NCBI GenBank assembly: GCA_001897675.1
Contig: MKUE01000105.1
Span: 2,567-66,566 of the forward strand
Direction of reading: 5' to 3'
Length of the DNA: 64,000 nucleotides
Source of the DNA: Thiobacillus sp. 65-1059
Lineage (GTDB): Bacteria; Pseudomonadota; Gammaproteobacteria; Burkholderiales; Thiobacillaceae
The notes under the pieces were generated by a model. It saw only the letters and a program-made list of their open reading frames with translations. It was not told the DNA's origin and made no database searches. Made by a program: the position numbers and the translations under genes. Of the stretch, positions 49,527-58,825 are shown piece after piece (the first letter of the stretch is position 1; each line of letters opens with the position of its first letter).

Positions 49527-51488
49527 ATGATTCGGATCGGGTTTTTTCTGCTGCTGGCCTTGTCCGCAGCGCCCGCCTGGGCCGCGCCGGGCGACGCCGC
49601 CGTGCTGAAGGCGCAGCAGGCGTTTGCCGCGCGCAAGCTGGCGAATCTGGAGCATGCCGCACGCGGCGTGCCGGCCGGCCATGTGCTGGCGCCTTATGTC
49701 GAATACTGGCGCCTGATGCTGACGAGCCGTACCGACGATGCGCGCATCGCCGATTTCCTGGCGCGCTATCCGGGCAGCCGCATGGCCGAAGCGCTGCGCG
49801 CCGACTGGCTGAAGTCGCTGGGCGCGCGCGCAGCGTGGCCGCTGTATCTGGCCGAATACCCGCGCCTCGTCAGGCCCGATATCGCGCATCAATGCTATGC
49901 CTACCGTGCCGAATCGGCGCAGGGCAATCGCAGTCACCAGCGCGAGGCGGTGACCCTGTGGTTCACCGGGCGCGACATGCCGTCGGTGTGCACGCCTTTG
50001 TTCGAGCAGCTGATCGAGGCCGGGCTGATCCGCGAGGAAGAGGTCTGGCGCCGCCTGCGGCTGACGCTGGAAGCCGGCAATCCGAGCGTCGCCCGGGTCG
50101 TGGCCAATGCCCTGCCCGAAGCCCAGCGACCGGCCGCCGCGCTGATCGATCTGGCCAGCCGCGATCCCGCGCGTTTGCTCGATGCCGACAAGCTCGACTT
50201 CAGCCGCCGGGGCGACCGCGAAATCGCGCTTTACGCGCTTGACCAGCTGGCCAAACGCAGCTCCGGGCAGGCGGAACAGGCGTTGCGCAGGCTGGCGGCG
50301 CGCCTTGGCGCGGAGGAGCAGCGCACCGCCTGGGCGCGCCTTGCCACCTGGGCTGCGCGCCGCCACGAGGCAAGCGCGCTGCCCTGGTTTCAGCAGGCCG
50401 GCGCCATGGCGGCCAACGATTTCCAGCGCGAATGGTGGGCGCGCGCCGCATTGCGCGCGGCAGACTGGCAGGCGGTGCTGCGCGCGATCGACAGCATGGG
50501 CGAGGCCGCCCGTACGCAGCCGATCTGGCGCTACTGGCGCGCGCGCGCCTTGCAGGCCAGCGGTCAGCGTGCGGCGGCGACCCCGGTTTTCCTGGAGTTG
50601 TCGCGCGAGTTTCACTACTACGGCCAGCTGGCGCAGGAAGAGCTCGGGCCGGTGATGCAGGCGCCGCCCGTCAACAACGCCAAGATGAGCGGCGATGACC
50701 TTGCCGCGGTCGCCCGCCAGCCCGGTATCGCGCGCGCGCTGGCCTTGCAGGAACTGGGTTTGCGCAGCGATGCCGGGCAGGAATGGAACTGGTCGATCCG
50801 CGAATTTTCCGACGCGCAGCTGCTCGCTGCGGCCGAGTTGGCGCGCCGCATGGAGTGGTACGACCGGGCGATCAACACCGCCGAGCGCACCCGCGAACTG
50901 CACGATTTCGAATTGCGTTTTCTCGCCCCCTACCGCGAACTGGCGCAGCAGGCCGCGCGTGAAAACCAGATCGACGAAGCCTGGGTGTTCGGCCTGATGC
51001 GGCAGGAAAGCCGCTTCATCAACGTCGCGCGCTCCAGTGTCGGCGCATCCGGCCTGATGCAGATCATGCCGGCCACGGCGCGCTGGATTGCACAGCGCCT
51101 CGGGATCAAGCGCTTTCATCCGAACGAGATGCAGAATCCGGCGAAAAACATTCAGTTCGGCGCGTACTACCTGAAGCATGTGCAAACCAGCCTGGACGGT
51201 TCGCCGGTGCTCGCCACCGCGGCCTACAATGCCGGACCGAGCCGTGCGCAGCGCTGGCGCGACACCCGGCCGATGGAGGCCGCGGTCTACATCGAGTCCA
51301 TCCCGTTTGCCGAAACCCGCGATTACGTCAAAAAAGTGATGAGCAACGCCATCTATTATGCGGAGCGTTTCGGCCAGCCTTCGGTGCTGCTGAAAGAGCG
51401 GCTGGGCACGGTGCCGCCGCGCAAAACCCCGGCAATGCCCGCCGCCGATCCGGACGCCCCGCTGGAAGTCGAACCGGCGGACGATTAG
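49527..51488 (+). CDS. slt: Soluble lytic murein transglycosylase (Slt70-like)
   Basis: 653 aa with a signal peptide, a superhelical U-domain and a C-terminal SLT catalytic domain (GLMRQESRF...ASGLMQIMPATA...AAYNAGP). Confidence 0.92.
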   Translation: MIRIGFFLLLALSAAPAWAAPGDAAVLKAQQAFAARKLANLEHAARGVPAGHVLAPYVEYWRLMLTSRTDDARIADFLARYPGSRMAEALRADWLKSLGARAAWPLYLAEYPRLVRPDIAHQCYAYRAESAQGNRSHQREAVTLWFTGRDMPSVCTPLFEQLIEAGLIREEEVWRRLRLTLEAGNPSVARVVANALPEAQRPAAALIDLASRDPARLLDADKLDFSRRGDREIALYALDQLAKRSSGQAEQALRRLAARLGAEEQRTAWARLATWAARRHEASALPWFQQAGAMAANDFQREWWARAALRAADWQAVLRAIDSMGEAARTQPIWRYWRARALQASGQRAAATPVFLELSREFHYYGQLAQEELGPVMQAPPVNNAKMSGDDLAAVARQPGIARALALQELGLRSDAGQEWNWSIREFSDAQLLAAAELARRMEWYDRAINTAERTRELHDFELRFLAPYRELAQQAARENQIDEAWVFGLMRQESRFINVARSSVGASGLMQIMPATARWIAQRLGIKRFHPNEMQNPAKNIQFGAYYLKHVQTSLDGSPVLATAAYNAGPSRAQRWRDTRPMEAAVYIESIPFAETRDYVKKVMSNAIYYAERFGQPSVLLKERLGTVPPRKTPAMPAADPDAPLEVEPADD

Positions 51489-51527
51489 AATCCGCATCGC
51501 CTTAAATATACTGAAACGAATCCCATC

Positions 51528-52565
51528 ATGAAGATTGAACGCATCTGCATCCTCGGCGGGTCCGGCTTTGTCGGCACCCATCTCGTCAGCCAGCTCGCCG
51601 CACGCGGCCTGGCCGTGCGCGTGCTGAGCCGCCGCCGCGAAATGGCCAAGGAACTGATTTTGCTGCCGACGGTGGAGGTGGTCGAGGCCGACGTGCACGA
51701 TCAGCAGGAACTCATCCGCCACTTCCGCGGCATGGACGCCGTCATCAACCTGGTCGGCATCCTGCATGAAAGCAAGGTCGGCCGCGTCGATCTGCCGAGC
51801 GCGCGCCGCGGCGACTTCCAGCAGGTCCACATCGAGCTGCCGCGCAAGATCATCCACGCCTGTGGCGAGTCGGGTGTGCGCCGCCTGCTGCACATGAGCG
51901 CGCTCGGCGCCAACCCGAACTCGCGCTCGGCCTACCAGCGTTCCAAGGGCATTGCCGAAGCGCTGGTGCGCGAGGCCGGGCGGCACCATGTCGAGCACGA
52001 AAACTGGTATCTGAACGGCCCCAAGTTCATCCACGGCTACGGCCTCGACGTCACGATTTTCCGGCCGTCGGTGATCTTCGGCCGCGGCGACTCCTTCCTG
52101 TCGATGTTTGCCGGGCTGTTGAAGGCGTTTCCGCTGCTGCCGCTCGCCAACGCGGAGGCGCGCTTCGCCCCGGTCCATGTCGAGGACGTCGCACGCGCGT
52201 ATGCCGACAGCCTCGACAATCCGGCGACCTACGGCCAGACCTACGACTTGTGCGGTCCCAAGACCTACGCCCTGCAGGAACTGGTGAATTATGTCGGCGA
52301 AGTGATCGGCAAGCGGCGCAGCGTCGTTCCACTGGGCAAATGGCTGTCGTATTTCCAGGCCTGGGCGCTCGAATTCAAGCCCGGCAAAAAGCTGATGACG
52401 CGCGACAACTACTACGCCATGACGACGGACAACGTCTGCAGCGGCGGCTGGCCATCCGCGTTCGCGTTCCCGCCGGCGGCGCTCGAAGCCATCGCCCCCG
52501 AATACCTGCGGGCCGACACGCCGCGCGCGCGCTACGACGCGTACCGGGAAAACGCCCGCCGCTAG
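51528..52565 (+). CDS. NAD(P)-binding SDR family protein, complex I NDUFA9-like
   Basis: 345 aa. ILGGSGFVGTHL Rossmann motif and an atypical-SDR layout. Confidence 0.8.
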   Translation: MKIERICILGGSGFVGTHLVSQLAARGLAVRVLSRRREMAKELILLPTVEVVEADVHDQQELIRHFRGMDAVINLVGILHESKVGRVDLPSARRGDFQQVHIELPRKIIHACGESGVRRLLHMSALGANPNSRSAYQRSKGIAEALVREAGRHHVEHENWYLNGPKFIHGYGLDVTIFRPSVIFGRGDSFLSMFAGLLKAFPLLPLANAEARFAPVHVEDVARAYADSLDNPATYGQTYDLCGPKTYALQELVNYVGEVIGKRRSVVPLGKWLSYFQAWALEFKPGKKLMTRDNYYAMTTDNVCSGGWPSAFAFPPAALEAIAPEYLRADTPRARYDAYRENARR

Positions 52566-52580
52566 GCCCGCCGCGCCGCC

Positions 52581-54212
52581 ATGAAAACCTACATCGTCGG
52601 CGGCGCAGTGCGGGATCGGTTGCTGGGTCTGCCGCTGGCCGACCGCGACTACGTCGTCGTCGGCGCCACGCCCGACGACATGATCGCGCTGGGCTACCAG
52701 CCGGTCGGCAAGGATTTCCCCGTCTTCCTGCATCCGCAAACCCACGAGGAATACGCCCTGGCGCGCACCGAGCGCAAATCCGGGCGTGGCTACAAGGGAT
52801 TCAAGGTGTACGCCGCGCCGGACGTCACCCTGGAAGAGGATCTGCGCCGCCGCGACCTCACCATCAACGCGATGGCCGAGGACGAGGCCGGCACGCTGAT
52901 CGACCCCCATGGCGGGCAGGACGATCTGGCCGCGCGCGTCTTCCGCCATGTGAGCGAGACGTTTGCCGAGGACCCGGTGCGCATCCTGCGGGTGGCGCGC
53001 TTTGCCGCCCGTTTCACCGGCTTCGTCGTGGCGCCGGAAACCAACGCGCTGATGCGGCGGATGGTGGACAACGGCGAAGTCGATGCGCTGGTGCCCGAGC
53101 GGGTGTGGCAGGAAGTCGCGCGCGGCCTGATGGAAGCGCAGCCGTCGCGCATGTTCCAGGTGCTGCGCGACTGCGGCGCGCTGGCCCGCCTCTTCCCCGA
53201 AATCGACCGCCTGTTCGGGGTGCCGCAGCCGCCCGCGCATCATCCCGAAGTCGATACCGGCGTGCATGTCATGCGGGTGGTCGACTGGGCGGCGCGCCAG
53301 GGTTTCAGCCTGGCGGTGCGCTTCGCGGCATTGACCCACGATCTCGGCAAGGGCACGACGCCGCCCGAGTGTTGGCCCAAGCATCATGGCCACGAAGCCA
53401 GGAGCGCAGACCTGGTGCGTGCGCTGAGCGAGCGCATCCGCGTGCCGGTCGACTGCCGCGAGCTTGCCGTCGCGGTGGCGCGCGAACACGGCAACGTCCA
53501 CCGGGCGCTGGAATTGCGTCCCGGCACGGTCGTCGAACTGCTGGAACGCGTCGATGCCTTCCGCCGCCCGGAGCGTTTCGAGGCGTTTCTGCAGGCCTGC
53601 GAATGCGATTTCCGCGGCCGTCCCGGCTACGAGGACAAGGCGTTTCCCGCGCCAGGGCATCTGCGGCAGGCGCTGCAGGCGGCGCAGACCATCGATGCCG
53701 CCGAGGTGGCGCGCAATGCCGACCCTGCGCGGATCCGCGACGCGATCTTTCAGGCACGGACGCGGGCGGTGACAGCCTGGCGCGCTCGCGCGGCAGAGCC
53801 GCGGTGGGAACACTTCCCGCACCAGGCCGACATGGGGGTGCGCGGCGTCGGCCCCACCCTGGCGGCCGCGTTCGAACAGGCAGCACTGGCGATGACCGCC
53901 GTGGTGACCGACCCGGCCCGCGTGGCGCCCGACGAAGCGGTGGAAATCCGCTGCGAGGCGCCGGACGAAGAACTGCTGCTGGCCGACTGGCTGAACGCGC
54001 TGATCCTCGAGATGGCGGCGCGCCGCATGCTGTTCAGCCGCTTCGAAGTCAGTCTGCACGGGCATGGCCTGCATGCCACCGCATGGGGCGAGCCGGTCGA
54101 TCCGGACAAGCACCAGCCGGCCGTCGAGATCAAGGGCGCCACCTATACTGAGTTGAAAGCGGGGAGGGACGAATCCGGGCGATGGCTGGCCCAGTGCGTA
54201 GTGGACGTGTGA
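52581..54212 (+). CDS. cca: Multifunctional CCA-adding enzyme (nucleotidyltransferase + HD domain) fused in frame to a C-terminal archease domain
   Basis: 543 aa with no internal stop. Residues 1 to about 405 are collinear with E. coli Cca ([42 protein letters not shown]). Residues from about 406 to 543 carry archease signatures ([16 protein letters not shown]..., [11 protein letters not shown]). Confidence 0.88.
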   Translation: MKTYIVGGAVRDRLLGLPLADRDYVVVGATPDDMIALGYQPVGKDFPVFLHPQTHEEYALARTERKSGRGYKGFKVYAAPDVTLEEDLRRRDLTINAMAEDEAGTLIDPHGGQDDLAARVFRHVSETFAEDPVRILRVARFAARFTGFVVAPETNALMRRMVDNGEVDALVPERVWQEVARGLMEAQPSRMFQVLRDCGALARLFPEIDRLFGVPQPPAHHPEVDTGVHVMRVVDWAARQGFSLAVRFAALTHDLGKGTTPPECWPKHHGHEARSADLVRALSERIRVPVDCRELAVAVAREHGNVHRALELRPGTVVELLERVDAFRRPERFEAFLQACECDFRGRPGYEDKAFPAPGHLRQALQAAQTIDAAEVARNADPARIRDAIFQARTRAVTAWRARAAEPRWEHFPHQADMGVRGVGPTLAAAFEQAALAMTAVVTDPARVAPDEAVEIRCEAPDEELLLADWLNALILEMAARRMLFSRFEVSLHGHGLHATAWGEPVDPDKHQPAVEIKGATYTELKAGRDESGRWLAQCVVDV

Positions 54213-54213
54213 A

Positions 54214-55644
54214 ATGAACCTCGCTCTGTTCAAGCAGGTGTCGGATGTCGAATGGCGCGTCGCGCCGTTCGGGAAAATGCGCGTGCCGGCGGTGGTCTAT
54301 GCCGACCAGGCGCTGGTGCGCGAAATGGACGAGAAAGTCTTCGCGCAGCTTGTCAACGTCGCCACCCTGCCGGGTATTGTTGATGCCGCCTACGCCATGC
54401 CCGACGCGCACTGGGGCTATGGCTTCCCGATCGGCGGCGTGGCGGCGTTCGATGCCGACGCGGGCGGGGTGGTTTCCGCCGGCGGGGTGGGCTTCGACAT
54501 TTCCTGCGGCGTGCGCACCCTGCACACCGGATTGAAAGCCGCGGATATCGCGCCGCTCAAGCAGCGGCTGGCCGAGCGCCTGTTCGCCCGGATTCCGGCG
54601 GGGCTCGGCAGCACCGGCCAATTGCGCCTCGATGCCGGCGAGATGGACGCGATGCTGCGCGGCGGCGCGCGCTGGGCGGTCGAGCGCGGCTACGGCAGCG
54701 AGGCCGACCTCGACCGCATCGAGGAGCGCGGCTGCATGGCCGGCGCCGAACCCGGCAACGTGTCCGAGCACGCCAAGCGCCGCCAGCGCGACGAAATCGG
54801 CACCCTCGGCTCCGGCAACCATTACCTCGAATTGCAGGAAATCGCCGAAATCTACGACAGCAAGGCGGCCGACCGTTTCCGCCTGCGCCAGGGCGAGGTG
54901 GTGGTCAGCATCCACTGCGGCTCGCGCGGGCTGGGGCATCAGATCGGCACCGAATTCCTCAGGCAGATGGTGATCGCCGCGCCGGGCCACGGCATCGAGC
55001 TGCCCGACCGCGAACTCGCCTGCGCGCCGATCCTTTCTCCCCTCGGCCAGGCCTACCTCGGCGCCATGCGCGCAGCGGTCAACTGCGCCCTGGCCAATCG
55101 CCAGGTCATCACCCAGCTTGCCCGCAAGGTGTTCGCCGACATCGTGCCGGGAACCCATCTCACCCTGATCTACGACGTGTCGCACAACACCTGCAAGCAG
55201 GAGACGCACACGGTCGGCGGCCAGACACGCCGCCTCTATGTGCACCGCAAGGGCGCGACGCGCGCCTTTGGCCCCGGCCACCCGGCGCTGCCGGGCGAGC
55301 TGCGCGACATCGGCCAGCCGGTGCTGATCGGCGGCAGCATGGGCACCGCGTCCTACATCCTGGCCGGCACCGAAACCGGCGTGACGCGCGCCTTCAGTTC
55401 CGCCTGCCATGGCGCCGGGCGCGCCATGAGCCGCCACCAGGCCGCCCGTCAGTGGCACGGCCGGACACTGGTGGACGAACTCGCCGGCCGGGGCATCCTG
55501 ATCCGCAGTCCGTCGCTGCGCGGTGTGGCGGAAGAGGCTCCGGGCGCCTACAAGGACGTCAGCGCCGTGGTGGAGGCGGCCGATCGCGCCGGGCTGGCGC
55601 GCAAGGTGGCGAAGCTGAAGCCGCTGGTGTGCATCAAGGGCTGA
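54214..55644 (+). CDS. rtcB: RNA 3'-phosphate/2',3'-cyclic phosphate ligase RtcB (long, archaeal/metazoan-like type)
   Basis: 476 aa. MPDAHWGYGFPIGGV, GFDISCGVR, GSGNHYLE, HCGSRGLGHQ, and the SSACHGAGR nucleophile-His motif. It starts 1 nt after the cca-archease stop. Confidence 0.95.
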   Translation: MNLALFKQVSDVEWRVAPFGKMRVPAVVYADQALVREMDEKVFAQLVNVATLPGIVDAAYAMPDAHWGYGFPIGGVAAFDADAGGVVSAGGVGFDISCGVRTLHTGLKAADIAPLKQRLAERLFARIPAGLGSTGQLRLDAGEMDAMLRGGARWAVERGYGSEADLDRIEERGCMAGAEPGNVSEHAKRRQRDEIGTLGSGNHYLELQEIAEIYDSKAADRFRLRQGEVVVSIHCGSRGLGHQIGTEFLRQMVIAAPGHGIELPDRELACAPILSPLGQAYLGAMRAAVNCALANRQVITQLARKVFADIVPGTHLTLIYDVSHNTCKQETHTVGGQTRRLYVHRKGATRAFGPGHPALPGELRDIGQPVLIGGSMGTASYILAGTETGVTRAFSSACHGAGRAMSRHQAARQWHGRTLVDELAGRGILIRSPSLRGVAEEAPGAYKDVSAVVEAADRAGLARKVAKLKPLVCIKG

Positions 55645-55731
55645 ACGGGTTGGGCGAACGATGGCAAGGCGCGTGCCGGAACTGCGCTCCGCAGGCGCCG
55701 TCATATCCTCGAGCGCAGCGGTGTTTGCCTG

Positions 55732-55767
55732 CGTGCCGGATTGAGTGCCCGTGCCGGGTTGATGGCG
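55732..55767. repeat. Tandem 18-bp direct repeat (CGTGCCGGATTGAGTGCC / CGTGCCGGGTTGATGGCG) upstream of fpr
   Basis: 14 of 18 positions are identical by eye. A third CGTGCCGGA core occurs at about 55672-55680. Confidence 0.6.
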
Positions 55768-55791
55768 CAAGCAGGAGTCCACGGAAAAATC

Positions 55792-56538
55792 ATGCCCTAC
55801 AGCGAACAAACGGTACGGTCGGTGCGCCCATGGTCGAACCGGACCTTCAGCTTCACGCTCAGCCGCCCGCAGGATTTCGCGTTCGAAAACGGTGAATTCG
55901 TCACTCTCGGGTTGAAGCGCGAAGGTAAGCTGGTGGCGCGCGCCTATTCCATCGTCTCCACCCCCGACCGCGACTATCTGGAATTCCTCAGCATCCATAT
56001 GCCGGACGGCCCGCTGACCAGCCAGCTGGTTCGCATCCGGCCCGGCGACAGCGTGTGGGTCAACAGCAAGGCGACCGGCTCGCTCACGCTCAACCACGTG
56101 CTGCCCGGGCGCACGCTGTACATGCTCGCCAGCGGCACCGGACTGGCGCCGTTCATGAGCCTGATCCGCGACCCCGAACTCTATGCGCGCTATGAGCACG
56201 TGGTGCTGGTGCATTCGGTGCGCACGGCGGCCGAACTGGCCTACCGCGACGAGATCGAGGCGCTGGCCGATGCCAAGCTGCATTACGTGCCGACCGTGAC
56301 GCGCGAGCCTTTCCCCACCCCCCAGCGCGGCAGCGACCTGTTCCGATCCGGCGAGCTGTCGCAGCGTCTCGGCCTGCCCGCGCCGGACCCCGCGCAGGAC
56401 CGGGTGATGGTCTGCGGCAACCCGGACATGACGCGCGAACTGACCCGCCACCTCAAGGACGCGGGCTGGACGCCGACCAATCACCGCGGGATCGGCAACT
56501 TCACCACCGAACTCGCGTTCGTCGTCCACCACGAATAA
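55792..56538 (+). CDS. fpr: Ferredoxin--NADP(+) reductase
   Basis: Trimmed to ATG 55792 (248 aa). RAYSIVS FAD motif, MLASGTGLAPF NADP motif, and a C-terminal ...ELAFVVHHE. Confidence 0.9.
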   Translation: MPYSEQTVRSVRPWSNRTFSFTLSRPQDFAFENGEFVTLGLKREGKLVARAYSIVSTPDRDYLEFLSIHMPDGPLTSQLVRIRPGDSVWVNSKATGSLTLNHVLPGRTLYMLASGTGLAPFMSLIRDPELYARYEHVVLVHSVRTAAELAYRDEIEALADAKLHYVPTVTREPFPTPQRGSDLFRSGELSQRLGLPAPDPAQDRVMVCGNPDMTRELTRHLKDAGWTPTNHRGIGNFTTELAFVVHHE

Positions 56539-56580
56539 GCCGGCGTCCCCGCCCGGCGGGTTCGGGAACCGCGCCGGCGC

Positions 56581-58596
56581 TTAGCGGCTGCCGGTCCGCT
56601 CCCGCAACTCGGTCTGGGCCGAAGCGGGGATGCCGGGCGTTCGCTGTGCGGGCGGAAGCTGTTCTTCGTCGCGATACAGGCCATGACGAAACACGTGCGC
56701 CGCATGCTGATAGAACGCGGTCGCTTCCTGCTGCAGCGCCGGGTCGGCGCGCGGTGCCACGGGGAGGTTCTGCGCATCGACGGCGAAGACTTCCGCCTTG
56801 CGCCGGGGCTGCAACACGGCGAGGCGGCCGTTTTTCAGATAGCCCAGCGTCTGGTAGTTGGCGACGAAGGCGCGGTCGCCCGCTGGCGGGGCATGCAGGA
56901 TATCCCGCCCGAAGAACTTGCTGTAGTAGCGCATCCCGAGCATGCCCAGCAGCGTGGGCGCAATGTCGATCTGCGACATGAGCCGGTCCACCCGCTGCGG
57001 CTTGAGGTGCTTGGGCGCATAGAAAAACAGCGGAATCCGGTACTTGTCCACCGGGATGTTCACCGTGCCGCGCGCATTGGCGCCATGGTCTGCGGTGACG
57101 ACGAACAGCGTGTCGTCGAACCAGTCCTGCTTGCGCGCCTCGGCGAGCAGATGGCCGATGGCGTAGTCGGCATACTTCACCGCGCCCTCGCGCCCGCTGC
57201 CGGAGGGGATGTCGATACGGCCCGCCGGGTAAGTGTAGGGGCGATGGTTGCTGGTGGTCATGACGTGCACGAAGAACGGCCGCGAACCCTCGCCGCGCTG
57301 CGCCGAACGATGGATATGGCCGAGAGTGTCGAGCACGTGGTCGAACAGGAACTCGTCAGCGACGCCCCAGATATTGGCGAAACCAATGCGTTCGGCGGGA
57401 ATGTCGGTGCGATCGATGGTGCGGTAGTCGTTGCGGTCGAAGAAGGCGTTCATGTTGTCGAAATAGCCGTAGCCGCCGTAGGCGAAGCGCACTTCGTAGT
57501 TGAAGTCCTCGAGCACGCTGCCGAGCGAGAACAGTTCCTCATTCCTGGGGCGCCGCACGATCGACTGGCCAGGCGTCGGCGGCAACGCCAGTGCCAGCGC
57601 CTCCAGGCCGCGCACGGTGCGGTTGCCGGTGGCGTAAACGTTCGAGAACCACAGGCCTTCCCGCGCCAGCCGGTCCAGGTTCGGCGTCAGGCCGCGCGGG
57701 TTGCCATAAGCGCCGAGAAATTCCGCGCCCATGCTTTCGATGCTGATCAGCACGACGTTGAGGCGTTGCGGCGCCGCGGCTGGCGGGATCAGCCGCTCCA
57801 CCCCGCCGGCAGGCTGTTTCTCTAGCCACGCGCCGCCGTCCTGCGCCAGCGTGCGGCGCACGATGGAGAAAGCCTGCTGCGGCGGCAGCGCGGCATAGAA
57901 ACGTTCGAAATCCAGCTCGTTGCGGCGGTTGGCGGCGAAGAAGGAATAGATGCCATTGCCGGCCAGTTCGTTGACGTGATCGCTGGCGCTGCGGTTCTTG
58001 AGATCGCCATCGAGGCCAGCGGCCAGCCCCGCCACGGCGACCGCCCAGGCGCCGAGCCAGAGCAGACGGGAACGCCAGGGCCAGGGCGCGCGGGCTGCGG
58101 CATAGATGCGGCGCATGAAAGGCAGCCACCACAGCACCGCCAGGACCGCGAGTCCGGCAAGGACTTTCCCGACCGGATAGCTCTCGCGGATGTTGCCGAT
58201 GACCTCGTGCGAATAGAGCAGATAATCGACGGCAATGAAATTGAAGCGGGCGCCGAACTCTTCCCAGAAGAACCATTCCGACACCGCGGTCAGCAGCAAC
58301 ACGAACGTCAGCGCGATCAGCAGCACCATGCCGGCTGCGCGCATCACATGCCAGCGCGCGAAGCGGTCCGGCATCAGCGCCAGCAGCAGGGCCACCGGCG
58401 CTGCGAAATACGCGGCCGCCGTCAGATCGAACAGCAGGCCGAAGCCGAAAATCTGTACATAGGAAGCGATGCCCGGTGGAATGCTCACCTCCGGCCGCGT
58501 CATCAGGACAATGCGGGTCGCCATGGCGAACACGATCAGGGTCAGGGCGAGGGCGAAAGCAGGGAGCAGGCGCTGCGGGGGGGAGGCGATCGGCAT
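56581..58596 (-). CDS. LTA synthase / phosphoglycerol-transferase-like membrane sulfatase-family protein
   Basis: About 671 aa with 5 N-terminal TM helices and an extracytoplasmic alkaline-phosphatase/sulfatase domain (VVLISIESMGAEF..., VVTADHGA). The start is uncertain: ATG 58596, 58629 or the track's 58665, none with a clear SD. Confidence 0.8.
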   Translation of the reverse strand: MPIASPPQRLLPAFALALTLIVFAMATRIVLMTRPEVSIPPGIASYVQIFGFGLLFDLTAAAYFAAPVALLLALMPDRFARWHVMRAAGMVLLIALTFVLLLTAVSEWFFWEEFGARFNFIAVDYLLYSHEVIGNIRESYPVGKVLAGLAVLAVLWWLPFMRRIYAAARAPWPWRSRLLWLGAWAVAVAGLAAGLDGDLKNRSASDHVNELAGNGIYSFFAANRRNELDFERFYAALPPQQAFSIVRRTLAQDGGAWLEKQPAGGVERLIPPAAAPQRLNVVLISIESMGAEFLGAYGNPRGLTPNLDRLAREGLWFSNVYATGNRTVRGLEALALALPPTPGQSIVRRPRNEELFSLGSVLEDFNYEVRFAYGGYGYFDNMNAFFDRNDYRTIDRTDIPAERIGFANIWGVADEFLFDHVLDTLGHIHRSAQRGEGSRPFFVHVMTTSNHRPYTYPAGRIDIPSGSGREGAVKYADYAIGHLLAEARKQDWFDDTLFVVTADHGANARGTVNIPVDKYRIPLFFYAPKHLKPQRVDRLMSQIDIAPTLLGMLGMRYYSKFFGRDILHAPPAGDRAFVANYQTLGYLKNGRLAVLQPRRKAEVFAVDAQNLPVAPRADPALQQEATAFYQHAAHVFRHGLYRDEEQLPPAQRTPGIPASAQTELRERTGSR

Positions 58597-58825
58597 GGGC
58601 GTGGAACTGTTCCGGACAGGGGGAGGCATCGTATGCCAAGTCGGCGCGGCGCTCCAGCCGGACACAGCGGAATCAGGGCCGATCCGCGAGAAACGCCTCG
58701 CTGCAGCCGGTCAACCATCGCGCATGCCGGCAACGTCCCCGCCAGCATGCGGCTCCAGGTGCGCAGGCCGGAGCCCGCGCCCAGGCATTGAAACCGGGCC
58801 AGGGAAGCCCGGGCCCGGTTGCGAT

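Noticed and set aside
53769-54212. Possibility that archease is a separate gene starting at the in-frame GTG 53769
   Set aside because: The candidate start is in the same frame as cca with no intervening stop and no convincing SD, so at the DNA level it is one ORF. Internal initiation cannot be excluded, and I listed it as a check rather than a separate feature.
49032-54233. Giant 1733-aa minus-strand ORF, the longest in the track
   Set aside because: It runs antisense to four well-supported plus-strand genes (DUF2892 region/slt, NDUFA9-like, cca-archease, rtcB start). Its translation is Arg/Ala/Gly/Pro/His-rich with no recognisable motif. Long stop-free antisense frames are expected at about 70% GC.
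54130-56532. 800-aa minus-strand ORF
   Set aside because: It is antisense to rtcB and fpr, both of which carry diagnostic active-site motifs.
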